Below the pieces are notes generated by a model. The model did not search any database and was not told the DNA's origin. It saw only the letters and a list, made by a program, of their open reading frames with translations. DNA of 64,000 nt from Longimicrobiales bacterium (GTDB taxonomy: Bacteria > Gemmatimonadota > Gemmatimonadetes > Longimicrobiales > Gaopeijiaceae). Made by a program: the position numbers and the translations under genes. Within the stretch, counting starts at the first letter, position 1. Every line of letters starts with the position of its first letter. Below, piece after piece: positions 10,470 through 19,995 of the stretch. The stretch is from contig OZ241892.1 of assembly GCA_965203485.1 (NCBI GenBank), positions 960,001 to 1,024,000 on the forward strand, in the 5' to 3' direction.

Positions 10470-11308
10470 GAGGCGTCGGCGCGGGGCGCGGCCGCGTCGC
10501 TAGCCGCCATGCCCGTCTCGCCGTGTGCTTCTTCGCCCGCCGCGTTGGCGGTGTCGCTGGCGCCCGTCGCGATTGCCTTGCCCCGGGGCCGTCCATCCGC
10601 CGCGTCGTCGTCGCCGCCGGTCCGTGCCACGACAGTCTCGCCGCCCCGCACGCGGTCGCCGGGCCGCGCGCCGGCCGGCCAATCTCGCGGAAGGAAGAGT
10701 TCCACTCGCGATCCGAAGCGGATCAGCCCAATGCGCTCGCCATGGGCCAAGCGGTCTCCCGCTCGGGGATAGGTGGCGATGCGGCGCGCGGCCCAGCCGG
10801 CGACTTGGCGCACGACGACCGGGCCGCGGTCGGTGACGACGCCGAGGGACGCCCGCTCGTTGCGGACGCCCGCCTCCTTGCGCCATGCAGCCATGTAGCC
10901 GCCCCTCTCGTACTCGTACCATTGCACGCTCCCGGCGAGCGGCGCGCGCTGCACGTGTACGTCGAAGATGCTGAGGAAGATCGCGATCCGCGTGGCCTCG
11001 CCGTCCATGAACGCGGCAATCCCCGCGTCGGAGGCTTCCACCGTCTCCACGCTCACGACTCGGCCGTCCGCCGGCGAGACGACCGCCGAGGCGTCCGCCG
11101 GGGGCCGTCTCCCGGGATCGCGGAAAAAGTACGCGACGAACAGAACGGCCGCCCCAGCCAGCAAGGGAGCGGCGAGCCTGCCGCCCCCGCCGCCCGTTGC
11201 GGCCCAAGCCGCCGAGACGGCGAGGAGGGACAGCGCCGCCGAGACGAACGGGACGCCTTCGCGAGCCAGACCGAGCGTCCGGCGCGCGCGGCCCGGACCG
11301 GGGCTCAC
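10466..11308 (-). CDS. psd: Phosphatidylserine decarboxylase proenzyme
   Basis: YFFRDP, VVSPADGRV, IFLSIFDVHVQRAP, autocleavage site IRFGSRV; GTG overlaps purC stop. Confidence 0.92.
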   Translation of the reverse strand: MSPGPGRARRTLGLAREGVPFVSAALSLLAVSAAWAATGGGGGRLAAPLLAGAAVLFVAYFFRDPGRRPPADASAVVSPADGRVVSVETVEASDAGIAAFMDGEATRIAIFLSIFDVHVQRAPLAGSVQWYEYERGGYMAAWRKEAGVRNERASLGVVTDRGPVVVRQVAGWAARRIATYPRAGDRLAHGERIGLIRFGSRVELFLPRDWPAGARPGDRVRGGETVVARTGGDDDAADGRPRGKAIATGASDTANAAGEEAHGETGMAASDAAAPRADAS

Positions 11309-12225
11309 GCGTCGAACTCCGGCGGCTCGAACTCCTCGAGCTCCGATCCGGTCAGCTTGCGGAACAGGCGCAGGTAGCGCTCCGACGCGGCCTCGGTCAC
11401 GGCCTTCGGCAGCGGCGGCGGAGGCGGGCGCCGGTTCCATCCGGGGACGGCGCTCAAATAGTCGCGGATGGGTTGCTTGTCCATGGACGGCTGGGACCCG
11501 CCGGGCGTGAAGCCGCGCGCGGGCCAGAAGCGCGACGAGTCGGGCGTCAGCGCTTCGTCGATCAGGAGCGCTTGCCCGCCCGGCGCCGCGCCGAACTCGA
11601 ACTTGGTGTCGGCCAGCACGAGTCCCCGCTCGCGCGCGGCGCCCGCCGCGCACGCGAAGATCGCCAGCGAGCGGCGGCGAAGCTCCTCCGCGAGATCGCG
11701 GCCCAGAATCGACGCGGCCCTGCCGAACGTGATGTTCTCGTCGTGCCCTTGTTGCGCCTTGGTGGCCGGCGAGAACACCGGCGGATCGAGAGCGGCCCCT
11801 TCAACTAGCCCGGACGGCGCCGGCTCGCCCGCCAGCGTCCCGGACTCGCGGTACTCCTTCCAGGCGGAGCCGGCGAGGAAGCCGCGCACCACGCACTCGA
11901 CGGGCGCGGGCCCGGTCTCGCGCACCAGGCTGGCGCGCCCCTCCCACCGGTCGGTGCATCGCGCAAGAACGGGGACGGCGCGGCAGATCGCCTCCGTGCT
12001 CACGGCGACGAGGTGGTGCGGCTCCCGGGCGAGGCGCCCGCCCAGCCACCACGCCGTCAGCTGGGTCAGCACCCGGCCTTTGTGCGGCACGGCCTCGTCC
12101 ATGACCACGTCGAAGGCGCTCACGCGGTCCGTGGCGAGCAGGAGCAGTCGTCCGCCGGGCGCGCGGTAGACGTCGCGCACCTTGCCGCGTCGCAGCAGCG
12201 GCAACGGCAGATCGCTCCGCAGCAC
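11305..12225 (-). CDS. purC: SAICAR synthetase
   Basis: RGKVRDVY, TDRVSAFD, ECVVRGFLAGS, LADTKFEFG, DEALTPDSSRFW, SMDKQ. Confidence 0.96.
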   Translation of the reverse strand: MLRSDLPLPLLRRGKVRDVYRAPGGRLLLLATDRVSAFDVVMDEAVPHKGRVLTQLTAWWLGGRLAREPHHLVAVSTEAICRAVPVLARCTDRWEGRASLVRETGPAPVECVVRGFLAGSAWKEYRESGTLAGEPAPSGLVEGAALDPPVFSPATKAQQGHDENITFGRAASILGRDLAEELRRRSLAIFACAAGAARERGLVLADTKFEFGAAPGGQALLIDEALTPDSSRFWPARGFTPGGSQPSMDKQPIRDYLSAVPGWNRRPPPPPLPKAVTEAASERYLRLFRKLTGSELEEFEPPEFDA

Positions 12226-12237
12226 CGGGCGTGCTCG

Positions 12238-13698
12238 TCAGACCCGGACGTCGTCGTCGCCGATTCGCCGCTCGTCGGAGCGGACGGCGCGGAGGCGCTC
12301 CAGCTCCGGGCGGGCGTGCTCGTCGAGGAACGCGTCCACTTGGCGGGGCGCGCGTCCGACGAGCCGGTCCGGCCGGGCCATCTCGCGCATCTCGTCCGCG
12401 CTCGTTCCCAACGCCTCGTCGCCGGCGATGCGCTCGACCAGCTCGGGATCCTTCCCCTCGGTGGCGCGGCGGGCCGCCTCGAGCGCGTGCACTCGCATCC
12501 GCTCGTGCAGCTCCTGGCGGTCGCCTCCGGCCGCGGACGCTTTCAGAAGCGCCGCCTCGAGCGCCATGAACGGCAAGTGGGCGGCCAAGTTCGCGTCCAC
12601 GACCCGCGAGTTCACGCGCAGGCCTCCGGCCACGTTCGCCGCCAGCAGCAAGACGGCGTCCGTGGACATGTACGCGTCCGGCACGGCCAGCCGCTTGTTG
12701 GCGGAATCGTCGAGCGTCCGTTCGAGCCATTGCGTCGCCGCCGTGTGGGCGGGATCGGAGGCCAGTACCACCACGTGGCGAGCGAGCGCGCATATCCGCT
12801 CCGACCGCATCGGGTTGCGCTTGTACGGCATCGCCGACGACCCCACCTGTTCCTCCTCGAACGGCTCCTCCACTTCGCGCAGATGAGCCAGCAGGCGGAC
12901 GTCGTGGGCCATCTTCGACGCCGAAGCCGCCACGCCCGCCAAGCACGACAACATGGCGTAGTCCACCTTGCGCGGGTACGTCTGCCCGGAGACGGGGTAG
13001 GCCGACTCGAAGCCCAGGCGGCGGCACACGGCGGCTTCCATCGCGGCCACCTTGGCGTGGTCGCCGCCGCAGAGCTGGAGGAACGACGCCTGCGTGCCGG
13101 TCGTGCCGCGAAGGCCGCGCAGCCGCAACGACCGCAGCCGGTGCTCGATCTCCTCGACGTCCAGGAGGAGGTCCTGCATCCAGAGGGTGACGCGCTTGCC
13201 CACGGTCGTGGGCTGGGCGGGCTGGAAGTGCGTGTAGGCGAGCGCCGGGGTGGCCCGGTGGGCCTCCGCGATGCGGGCCAGCGCTTCGAGGGCGTCCGCC
13301 GCCCGGTCGCGGACCAGCCGCATGGCGGCGCGATGCTGGACGATGTCGGTGTTGTCGGTCACGAAGGCGCTCGTGGCGCCCAAGTGGAGGAAGGGACGGG
13401 CGGCCGGAGCCGCGTCGCCGAACGCATGCACATGCGCCATCACGTCGTGGCGGAAGCGGCGCTCGTACCCGGCGACGGCGGCGAGGTCGATGTCGTCCAG
13501 GGTCGCGCGCATCTCCTCCAGCGCCTGGGCGGGGATGCCGATTCCGGCTTCTCTCTGCGCCTCGGCGAGGGCCAGCCAGAGACGCCGCCACGTCCCGAAG
13601 CGAAACGCGGGCGCGAAGACGCGCTCCATCCGGCGCGACGCGTAGCGGGCCGCCAGCGGATGGCGGTAGCGGTCCGCGGCGCCGCGCCCTAGGTCCAC
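12238..13698 (-). CDS. purB: Adenylosuccinate lyase
   Basis: RHDVMAHVHAF, HLGATS, THFQPAQ, QTYPRK, signature GSSAMPYKRNPMRSE; start estimated. Confidence 0.95.
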   Translation of the reverse strand: MDLGRGAADRYRHPLAARYASRRMERVFAPAFRFGTWRRLWLALAEAQREAGIGIPAQALEEMRATLDDIDLAAVAGYERRFRHDVMAHVHAFGDAAPAARPFLHLGATSAFVTDNTDIVQHRAAMRLVRDRAADALEALARIAEAHRATPALAYTHFQPAQPTTVGKRVTLWMQDLLLDVEEIEHRLRSLRLRGLRGTTGTQASFLQLCGGDHAKVAAMEAAVCRRLGFESAYPVSGQTYPRKVDYAMLSCLAGVAASASKMAHDVRLLAHLREVEEPFEEEQVGSSAMPYKRNPMRSERICALARHVVVLASDPAHTAATQWLERTLDDSANKRLAVPDAYMSTDAVLLLAANVAGGLRVNSRVVDANLAAHLPFMALEAALLKASAAGGDRQELHERMRVHALEAARRATEGKDPELVERIAGDEALGTSADEMREMARPDRLVGRAPRQVDAFLDEHARPELERLRAVRSDERRIGDDDVRV

Positions 13699-15197
13699 TC
13701 GAGCCGTCCGGTGCGGACGGTGCGGCCGTCCCGTTCGAAGACGAGCACGAAGGGCCGCTGGCGCCGCTGTGCGCGCCGAAGTTCCCGGGCCGCGTCGTCG
13801 GCCGTGCGCAGGCGCCGGTTGTTGACGGCCAGAAGCACGTCTCCCGCCGCCAGCCCCGTGACCTGCGAGAGCGTTCCCGAGATTGTGACGACGAGCGCGC
13901 CGTAGGACGCCGCGAGCCGGCGCTCGGCGCGGATGGCGGGCGTGACCGTGACCACTTCCAAGTCGTCCAGAAGTTCGATCCTCGCGGCAGTGGACGACGG
14001 CACGCCGACCGCCGCGATCCCGACGGAACCCGCCCCCTCGAGCACGAGCGTCGTCCGGTCGCCCGCCCTCAGGTCGAGCATCGCCGCGGCGAAGTCCAGC
14101 GGCGTGGCCATCCGCTTGCCCGCCGCTTCCAGCAACCTCGTCCCGGCTCGGATGCCCGCCGCGGCGGCAGGGGAACCCGGCGCCACGCGCGCCACCCGCA
14201 CGCCTCGCGAGCGTCCGAAGCCGTCGGCCTCGACCGCGTCCACCTCCAGTCCCGTCCAAGCGCGCCGAACCCGGCCGTGCTGGATCAGGTCCCCGGCCAC
14301 CCGCAGCGCGCGGTCGATGGGGATGGCGAAACCGAGTCCCTCGCTGCCGCCCGACCGCGAGAGGATCGACGTGTTGACGCCCACGACCTCGCCCAGCGCG
14401 TTGACGAGCGGGCCGCCCGAGTTGCCGGGGTTGATCGAAGCGTCCGTTTGGATCATGCCCAGGTACACTCCCTCGTCGCCTCCGGACACGATGTGCCGGC
14501 CGACGGCGCTCACGACCCCGGCCGTCACCGACGGTTCGGGATTGGACAGCAGGCCGCCGAAGGGGTTTCCGATGGCGACCGTCCACTCGCCGATGAGGAG
14601 CCCGTCGGCCGTTCCCAGCGGCGCCACGGGCAGGCGGCGCGCGCCTTCCAGCTCGAGCACGGCCACGTCGGTCCGCGGATCGGCTCCCGCCAAGCGCGCT
14701 TCGAAGTCGCGGCCGTCCGGCAACGTCACGAGAATCTGCGCGGCGTTCTCCACGACGTGGTGGTTCGTGAGCACCGTTCCGTCCGCGTTCACCACGAACC
14801 CGGAGCCTAGGCCGCGCGTTTCTCGAAACGGCAGAAAGTAGTCCTCGAAGAAGCTGGCGCGCCTCACCCGCTCCCGGCGCAGCACCGACACGGCGACGAC
14901 GGCGGGCGCCACGCGGCGGGCGGCGCGGACGATCGCCGTCGAGCGGCTCTCGGCGACCGCGTCCGGCCGCGCCCGGGCGGACTGGGCCGCCGCTGGGGCT
15001 TCGCGGGCCGCCGCGCCGGCCGCGAAGACCGTGGTCGCGAGCATGGCTCTGCGGGCTCCGCGGCCAACCCGCCCGGTGCGCGCCAAGTCCGCCCCTCGCG
15101 CGCCGGCCAGCGACCGGAAGCCGGCTCTCGTCGCCTCGGCGTCGCCGGGACGGTCGCCGCCGCGCGAATCGGCGTCGCGGCCGTGGAGCCCGGTCAT
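13689..15197 (-). CDS. HtrA/DegP-family serine protease with PDZ domains
   Basis: GLGSGFVV, LTNHHVV, TDVAVL, IQTDASINPGNSGGPLVN, C-terminal PDZ-like segments. Confidence 0.93.
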   Translation of the reverse strand: MTGLHGRDADSRGGDRPGDAEATRAGFRSLAGARGADLARTGRVGRGARRAMLATTVFAAGAAAREAPAAAQSARARPDAVAESRSTAIVRAARRVAPAVVAVSVLRRERVRRASFFEDYFLPFRETRGLGSGFVVNADGTVLTNHHVVENAAQILVTLPDGRDFEARLAGADPRTDVAVLELEGARRLPVAPLGTADGLLIGEWTVAIGNPFGGLLSNPEPSVTAGVVSAVGRHIVSGGDEGVYLGMIQTDASINPGNSGGPLVNALGEVVGVNTSILSRSGGSEGLGFAIPIDRALRVAGDLIQHGRVRRAWTGLEVDAVEADGFGRSRGVRVARVAPGSPAAAAGIRAGTRLLEAAGKRMATPLDFAAAMLDLRAGDRTTLVLEGAGSVGIAAVGVPSSTAARIELLDDLEVVTVTPAIRAERRLAASYGALVVTISGTLSQVTGLAAGDVLLAVNNRRLRTADDAARELRRAQRRQRPFVLVFERDGRTVRTGRLEWT

Positions 15198-16108
15198 GCG
15201 TCCTCTCCGCGTTCGATGCCGGGACAGCGGGCGTCGCGCGAATCCGGGTCGCCCTGCCGCGCGGTCCGGTTCGGCGCCCGCTGCGCACCGTTCGAATAGG
15301 CCACGTGGGCGAGGCACAAGCCCTGGGGCGGCGCCGGAGGCGAGGTGGCGAGGCTCGGCTCTCCCTGCAGCAAGCCCGCCACGTCGCTCGCTGGTCGCGC
15401 ACCGAGGCCGATTCCAGCCATCGTCCCCACCAAGTACCGCACCATCCGGTGCAGGAACCGGTTCGCGGTGATCTCGAAGACGGCGCCGAAGGGACCCGCA
15501 TCTCCGGCGTCCCGCGCCGCTTCCGCGGAGCCCGTCGCCTGCCGCCATCCCAGGGCTTCCCATTCGCGCCAGCGTGCCCGCTCCACGTTGCAGACGTAGC
15601 CGCGCTCGGGCTGGCCCGTCTTTGCGAAGGCCCGAAAGTCGTGCTCGCCGGGCAGGACGGAGGCCGCCTCGCGGGCGCGGTCCAAGTCCATCGCCCTGCC
15701 CAGCGGCCAGCACCAGCGCCGGCGGAAGGGCGACGCGGACGCCGGCGCCAGTCCGACCCGGTAGACGTACGTCCGCGAGGACGCGTCGCGTCGCGGATCG
15801 AAGCGGTTGGGCGCGACCTCGGCGCGTTCGACCCAGATCGCGTCGGGCAACAGCGCGTTGAGCGACCGGGCCAGGGCGCTTCCCGTCCAAGACGCCGGAA
15901 GGTCCAGGGCCGCGACCTGTCCGCACGCGTGCACGCCGGCGTCGGTGCGCCCCGCCCCCAGGACGCGACGCTCCCCGCCCGCCAGCCTCGTTGCCGCGCG
16001 CTCGAGTTCGCCTTGGACCGTGAGGCCCTCGGCCTGGGCCTGCCACCCGCGGAAGGCCGCGCCGTCGTAGTGGAGCGTCAGCTTGAAGCGCGCGTTCCGT
16101 TCGCTCAT
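15194..16108 (-). CDS. truA: tRNA pseudouridine(38-40) synthase
   Basis: YDGAAFRGWQ, AGRTDAGVHA, GEHDFRAF, FLHRMVR, APPQGLCL. Confidence 0.95.
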   Translation of the reverse strand: MSERNARFKLTLHYDGAAFRGWQAQAEGLTVQGELERAATRLAGGERRVLGAGRTDAGVHACGQVAALDLPASWTGSALARSLNALLPDAIWVERAEVAPNRFDPRRDASSRTYVYRVGLAPASASPFRRRWCWPLGRAMDLDRAREAASVLPGEHDFRAFAKTGQPERGYVCNVERARWREWEALGWRQATGSAEAARDAGDAGPFGAVFEITANRFLHRMVRYLVGTMAGIGLGARPASDVAGLLQGEPSLATSPPAPPQGLCLAHVAYSNGAQRAPNRTARQGDPDSRDARCPGIERGEDA

Positions 16109-16332
16109 TGTCCCCGCCAAGGTTCTGCCGCCGAGACCGCTTGCGGCGGCGCCTCGTCGGCTTCCCAGCGCCAAGGCGAAGCTAGCCGTCGAGCCGAGGC
16201 CAGTCAAAAAGGCGCCGCCGCCAGCGACCAGCGCCCGCCCGCCGCCCCCGCAAGCCGGGGCTCCGGACTCGGAGCGCCGTTGCCCGGCGGCCGGCGAAGT
16301 GCAAGTATTAGATCCCTCCGAACCGACGAGCC

Positions 16333-17409
16333 ATGGCCTCCGAATCCACTCCAGGCGCCGCACTCGCGGGCTCGATCGCGAAGATTGTCTCTGGCCGGGA
16401 CCTCTCGGTCGACGAAGCCAGGGCCGCCTTCCGCCCGGTGATGGCCGGAGATGCGCCGCCGGTACTCGTCGCCGCGCTCCTGACGGCCCTTCGGACGAAG
16501 GGGCCGGCCGCGGCCGAGGTCGCGGGCGGCGTGGAGGCGCTCGCCGAGGCGATGGTGCCGGTCCCCGCGCCTCGTCCCGAGGACTTGCTCGACACGTGCG
16601 GAACCGGCGGCGGTACGGTCGCCACCTTCAACGTGTCGACCGCGGCGGCGATCGTGGCCGCGGCCGGCGGGGCGCGCGTCGCCAAGCACGGCAACCGCTC
16701 GTTCTCGTCGCAGTGCGGCAGCGCGGACGTCGTGGAGGCGCTGGGAGTCCGGATCGACCTCGCGCCGGCGCAGATGGCGCAGATCCTGGCCGAGACCGGC
16801 GTGACGTTCATGTTTGCGCCGCTTCTGCACCCCGCCATGCGCCACGTCGCGCCGGTCCGGCGGGAACTGGGGTTCCACACGATCATGAACCTGCTGGGGC
16901 CGCTTGCCAACCCGGCCGGGGCGCGGCGGCAGGTGGTGGGCGTCGCCGATTCCGGCCACCTGGACTTGATCGCCGGAAGCTTGGCCGAGCTGGATCGCCG
17001 GCGGGCGCTGGTCGTGCACGGCGCGCCGGGCATGGACGAGGTGAGCCCGTGCGGTCCGACGCGGGTGGCGGAGGTGCGCGGCGGGCGCGTGTCGTCCTAC
17101 GAGGTCGAACCGGCGGAGATGGGTGTCGCGGCCGTGCCGCCCGGCCAGCTGGCGGGGGGAACGCCCGCCCGCAACGCCAGCATCGTTCGCGCCGTGCTGC
17201 AGGGGCGGGAACGGGGGGCGCCGCGCTCGGCGGTCCTCGTCAATGCGGCTGCGGCGCTCGTCGCCGCCGACCGGGCGGAATCGTTGCGCGAGGGCGTGGA
17301 CCAAGCGGCCCGGGCGATCGATTCCGGCGGGGCCGCGGCGACGCTGGACGCCTTGATCCGCGCCGCTCCGCAAGCCGCGGCCCGCGCAGGGCGTCCCGGC
17401 AGAGCTTGA
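16333..17409 (+). CDS. trpD: Anthranilate phosphoribosyltransferase
   Basis: DTCGTGG, FNVST, VAKHGNRS, GSADVVEALG, NLLGPLANP. Confidence 0.96.
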   Translation: MASESTPGAALAGSIAKIVSGRDLSVDEARAAFRPVMAGDAPPVLVAALLTALRTKGPAAAEVAGGVEALAEAMVPVPAPRPEDLLDTCGTGGGTVATFNVSTAAAIVAAAGGARVAKHGNRSFSSQCGSADVVEALGVRIDLAPAQMAQILAETGVTFMFAPLLHPAMRHVAPVRRELGFHTIMNLLGPLANPAGARRQVVGVADSGHLDLIAGSLAELDRRRALVVHGAPGMDEVSPCGPTRVAEVRGGRVSSYEVEPAEMGVAAVPPGQLAGGTPARNASIVRAVLQGRERGAPRSAVLVNAAAALVAADRAESLREGVDQAARAIDSGGAAATLDALIRAAPQAAARAGRPGRA

Positions 17410-17445
17410 ACTGGCGGGCGGGCCGGACTCCTGTCGGCCCCGGGG

Positions 17446-17643
17446 TCAGTGAACGGTCTTGGGCGATGCCCGAGCCGCGCGGAAATCTCCCGGCTCGAGC
17501 AGCTTCGCGCCGTTCCCGTCGACGGGTGCGCCGCGCTTCGCTTCCGAAGGCGCCGCCGCGGTCGCCGCCCTGGCCGGCCGCCTGGTCACGATCACCCGAG
17601 TCGCTCCGCCCGACACCCGCCCCACCGCGAACATCATCTTCAT
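17446..17643 (-). CDS. Small hypothetical protein (65 aa) directly downstream of lexA
   Basis: ATG preceded by GGAG ~7 nt upstream; no recognisable motif. Confidence 0.3.
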   Translation of the reverse strand: MKMMFAVGRVSGGATRVIVTRRPARAATAAAPSEAKRGAPVDGNGAKLLEPGDFRAARASPKTVH

Positions 17644-17719
17644 GCAGCGTCTCCGTTGGTTGGCGCTTCCCGGCTCTCTTCCGTACACCGAGCGGAGCGC
17701 GAAAGTTCCGGCGCGGTTC

Positions 17720-18325
17720 TCAATACGTCCTGATCAGTCCCACGACGACCCCCTGGACGGTCACGTTGGCCGCCGGCTCGACGATCGGCGCCATGCCCGG
17801 GTTGGCGGGCTGGAGGCGAACGCGCCCCCCGGGCTCGCGGTAGAGCTTCTTGACCGTCGCCGAGTCGCCGCCCACGAGCGCCACCACGACCTCGCCGTCC
17901 CGCGCCGTCGGGCGCGAATGGACCACGACGTAGTCTCCGTCGCGAATCTGCTCGTCGATCATCGAGTCTCCGGCCACGCGGAGCACGTAGTGGTCGCGTT
18001 GCCCGCGAACCATCGCCGGAGGCACCGGCAGGCTCTCCTGCGTCTCGACGGCCTCGATCGGCTGTCCAGCCGCCACGGTCCCGAGGAGGGGCAACGGAAT
18101 GGCGGGTTCCTCGTCGTGCAGTGGAAACTCCACGGAGCGGCTCTCCCTGTATCTTCTTCGGATGTACCCCTTGCGCTCCAGGTTCGAGAGGTGCTCGTGG
18201 ACCGTCGCCAGCGACGTGTACCCGAACTCCCGGCGGATTTCGTCGAAGCTGGGAGCGTAGCCGCAGTGCGCGATGAACGCCCGCAGGAAGTCGAGGATTT
18301 CCTTTTGCCGCTTCGTGAGAGCCAT
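17720..18325 (-). CDS. lexA: SOS repressor LexA
   Basis: MALTKRQKEILDFL, GYAPSFDEI, HLSNLERKGYI wHTH; VAAG cleavage site; catalytic GDSM and TVKK. Confidence 0.96.
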   Translation of the reverse strand: MALTKRQKEILDFLRAFIAHCGYAPSFDEIRREFGYTSLATVHEHLSNLERKGYIRRRYRESRSVEFPLHDEEPAIPLPLLGTVAAGQPIEAVETQESLPVPPAMVRGQRDHYVLRVAGDSMIDEQIRDGDYVVVHSRPTARDGEVVVALVGGDSATVKKLYREPGGRVRLQPANPGMAPIVEPAANVTVQGVVVGLIRTY

Positions 18326-18427
18326 GGGGTCTTCTCCTTTGCGCGTGAATGGTTGCGCCGCCGTATCGGCCGGCCGCCCCCGAGACGCGGGCGGCCCCTC
18401 GGACGGCGCGCCTCGGCCTGCGCCAGT

Positions 18428-18465
18428 CCGAACGGTACCCGAAGTTAACCGAAAACAAACCGAAT
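18428..18465. promoter_or_regulatory. Four CCGAA direct repeats at 11/10/11-bp spacing in the lexA/trpC divergent region; putative LexA operators
   Basis: CCGAA at 18428, 18439, 18449, 18460; resembles the GAAC-N7-GAAC direct-repeat SOS box. Confidence 0.6.
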
Positions 18466-19276
18466 GGCAAGCGAGCGGGCCGGCCGCGGCGTCCTGAGCC
18501 GCGTCGCCGCGTCGAAGGCGGTCGAGGTGGCTTCGTTGCGGGCGCGGCGCAGGGAGGTGGTCCATGCCGCCCGCGACGCCCGCCCGGCGCGGGCGGTGCT
18601 CGACGGGCTTCGCGACCGAGCGGGGCTTGGAGTGTTCGCGGAGGTCAAGCGGCGGTCGCCCGTCGCCGGCGAGATCAGGCCGGACCTGGACGCGGGAGTG
18701 TTGGCCGCCGACTACGAAGCGGGCGGCGCCGCGGCGGTCAGCGTGCTCACGGACGGCCCTTGGTTCGGCGGGTCGCTGTCCGACCTCCGCGCTGCGGCCG
18801 CCGCCACGGCGCTCCCCGTTCTCCGCAAGGACTTCGTCGTGGACCCGGTGCAAGTCCCCGAATCGCGCGCCGCGGGCGCCGACCTCGTGCTGCTGATTGC
18901 CCGGTTGCTCGACCCCGTCCTGCTCGCCGACTTGCGCGCCGCCGTGCACGACCTGGGGATGACCGCGCTCGTCGAGGTGCACGACGAGCGCGAGGCGGAG
19001 GACGCGCTGCAAGCCGAAGCCGCGCTCGTGGGCGTCAACAACCGCGACTTGGCGACGTTCTCCACGGACTTGGCCGTGACCGAGCGCTTGGCGCCGTTCG
19101 TGCCCCCGGACGTGATGCTGGTGTCCGAGAGCGGGATCGCGGACGCGTCCGCCGCTCGGCGCGCCGCGGCGGCGGGGGCGGACGCGATCCTCGTGGGCGA
19201 GGCCCTGGTGCGCGCCGGGAACCCCCGGGCGGGCGTCCGGGAGCTGGCGGCGGTCCGCAGGGCGGGACGGGCGTGA
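18464..19276 (+). CDS. trpC: Indole-3-glycerol phosphate synthase
   Basis: [50 protein letters not shown]. Confidence 0.96.
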   Translation: MASERAGRGVLSRVAASKAVEVASLRARRREVVHAARDARPARAVLDGLRDRAGLGVFAEVKRRSPVAGEIRPDLDAGVLAADYEAGGAAAVSVLTDGPWFGGSLSDLRAAAAATALPVLRKDFVVDPVQVPESRAAGADLVLLIARLLDPVLLADLRAAVHDLGMTALVEVHDEREAEDALQAEAALVGVNNRDLATFSTDLAVTERLAPFVPPDVMLVSESGIADASAARRAAAAGADAILVGEALVRAGNPRAGVRELAAVRRAGRA

Positions 19277-19995
19277 CGGGCGTGCGGGCCAAGCTGTGCG
19301 GCGTGACCGGCGTGGCGGGCGCTCGGGCGGTGGCGGCTTCGGGCGCCGACTTCATCGGCGTGGTCCTTTCGCCGGGCTTCATGCGGAGCGTGCCGACAAG
19401 CCGCGCGCGCGAGCTGTACCGGGAGTTTCAGGGTGCGCGCGTGGGCGTCTTCGTGAACGAGGACGCGCGGACTGCGGCTCGAACGGCGGCGGACCTGCGT
19501 CTGGACGTCGTGCAGCTCCACGGGCGGGAATCGCCGGAGGAGGCGGCGCGGATCGGCGAGGCGGGCCCTTGGAGGACATGGAAGTGCGTTCGGGTGCGGC
19601 CGGGCGAGTCCTTGGCGTTGCTGGCCGAACGCGTGAGGAGGTACCGCGGAGCGGTGGACGGCGTGCTCGCGGACGCCTGGGACGGCCGAGCGCCCGGCGG
19701 CGCCGGACGCCGCTTCGCGTGGGCCGGGGTCGGCGACGTGGTGCGCGAAGCGGCGGGCGACGCGTGGTTCGTCGCGGCGGGGGGGCTGGCGCCGCGGAAC
19801 GTGGCCGCCGCCGTCGAGGCGCTGGCGCCCGACGTGGTGGACGCGAGTTCCGGCGTCGAGTCCGCTCCCGGCGTGAAGGACGCCGCCAGGGCGCGCGCGT
19901 TCGTGGCCGCGGCCCGCGCCGCCGCCCGCGGGACCCTTCAGAGCGCGACTTCCTCGCGCCGCCCTCGCGGCTCCGGCGTCGAGCCCCGCCCGTGA
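19273..19995 (+). CDS. trpF: Phosphoribosylanthranilate isomerase
   Basis: [42 protein letters not shown]. Confidence 0.95.
   Translation: MTGVRAKLCGVTGVAGARAVAASGADFIGVVLSPGFMRSVPTSRARELYREFQGARVGVFVNEDARTAARTAADLRLDVVQLHGRESPEEAARIGEAGPWRTWKCVRVRPGESLALLAERVRRYRGAVDGVLADAWDGRAPGGAGRRFAWAGVGDVVREAAGDAWFVAAGGLAPRNVAAAVEALAPDVVDASSGVESAPGVKDAARARAFVAAARAAARGTLQSATSSRRPRGSGVEPRP

Noticed and set aside
12238..16363. Very long versions of purB, htrA and truA in the ORF track
   Set aside because: N-terminal extensions are off-frame read-through of the neighbouring gene in stop-poor high-GC DNA. The same applies to long ORFs for mutL, miaA, mgtE, thrS, lexA and coaX.
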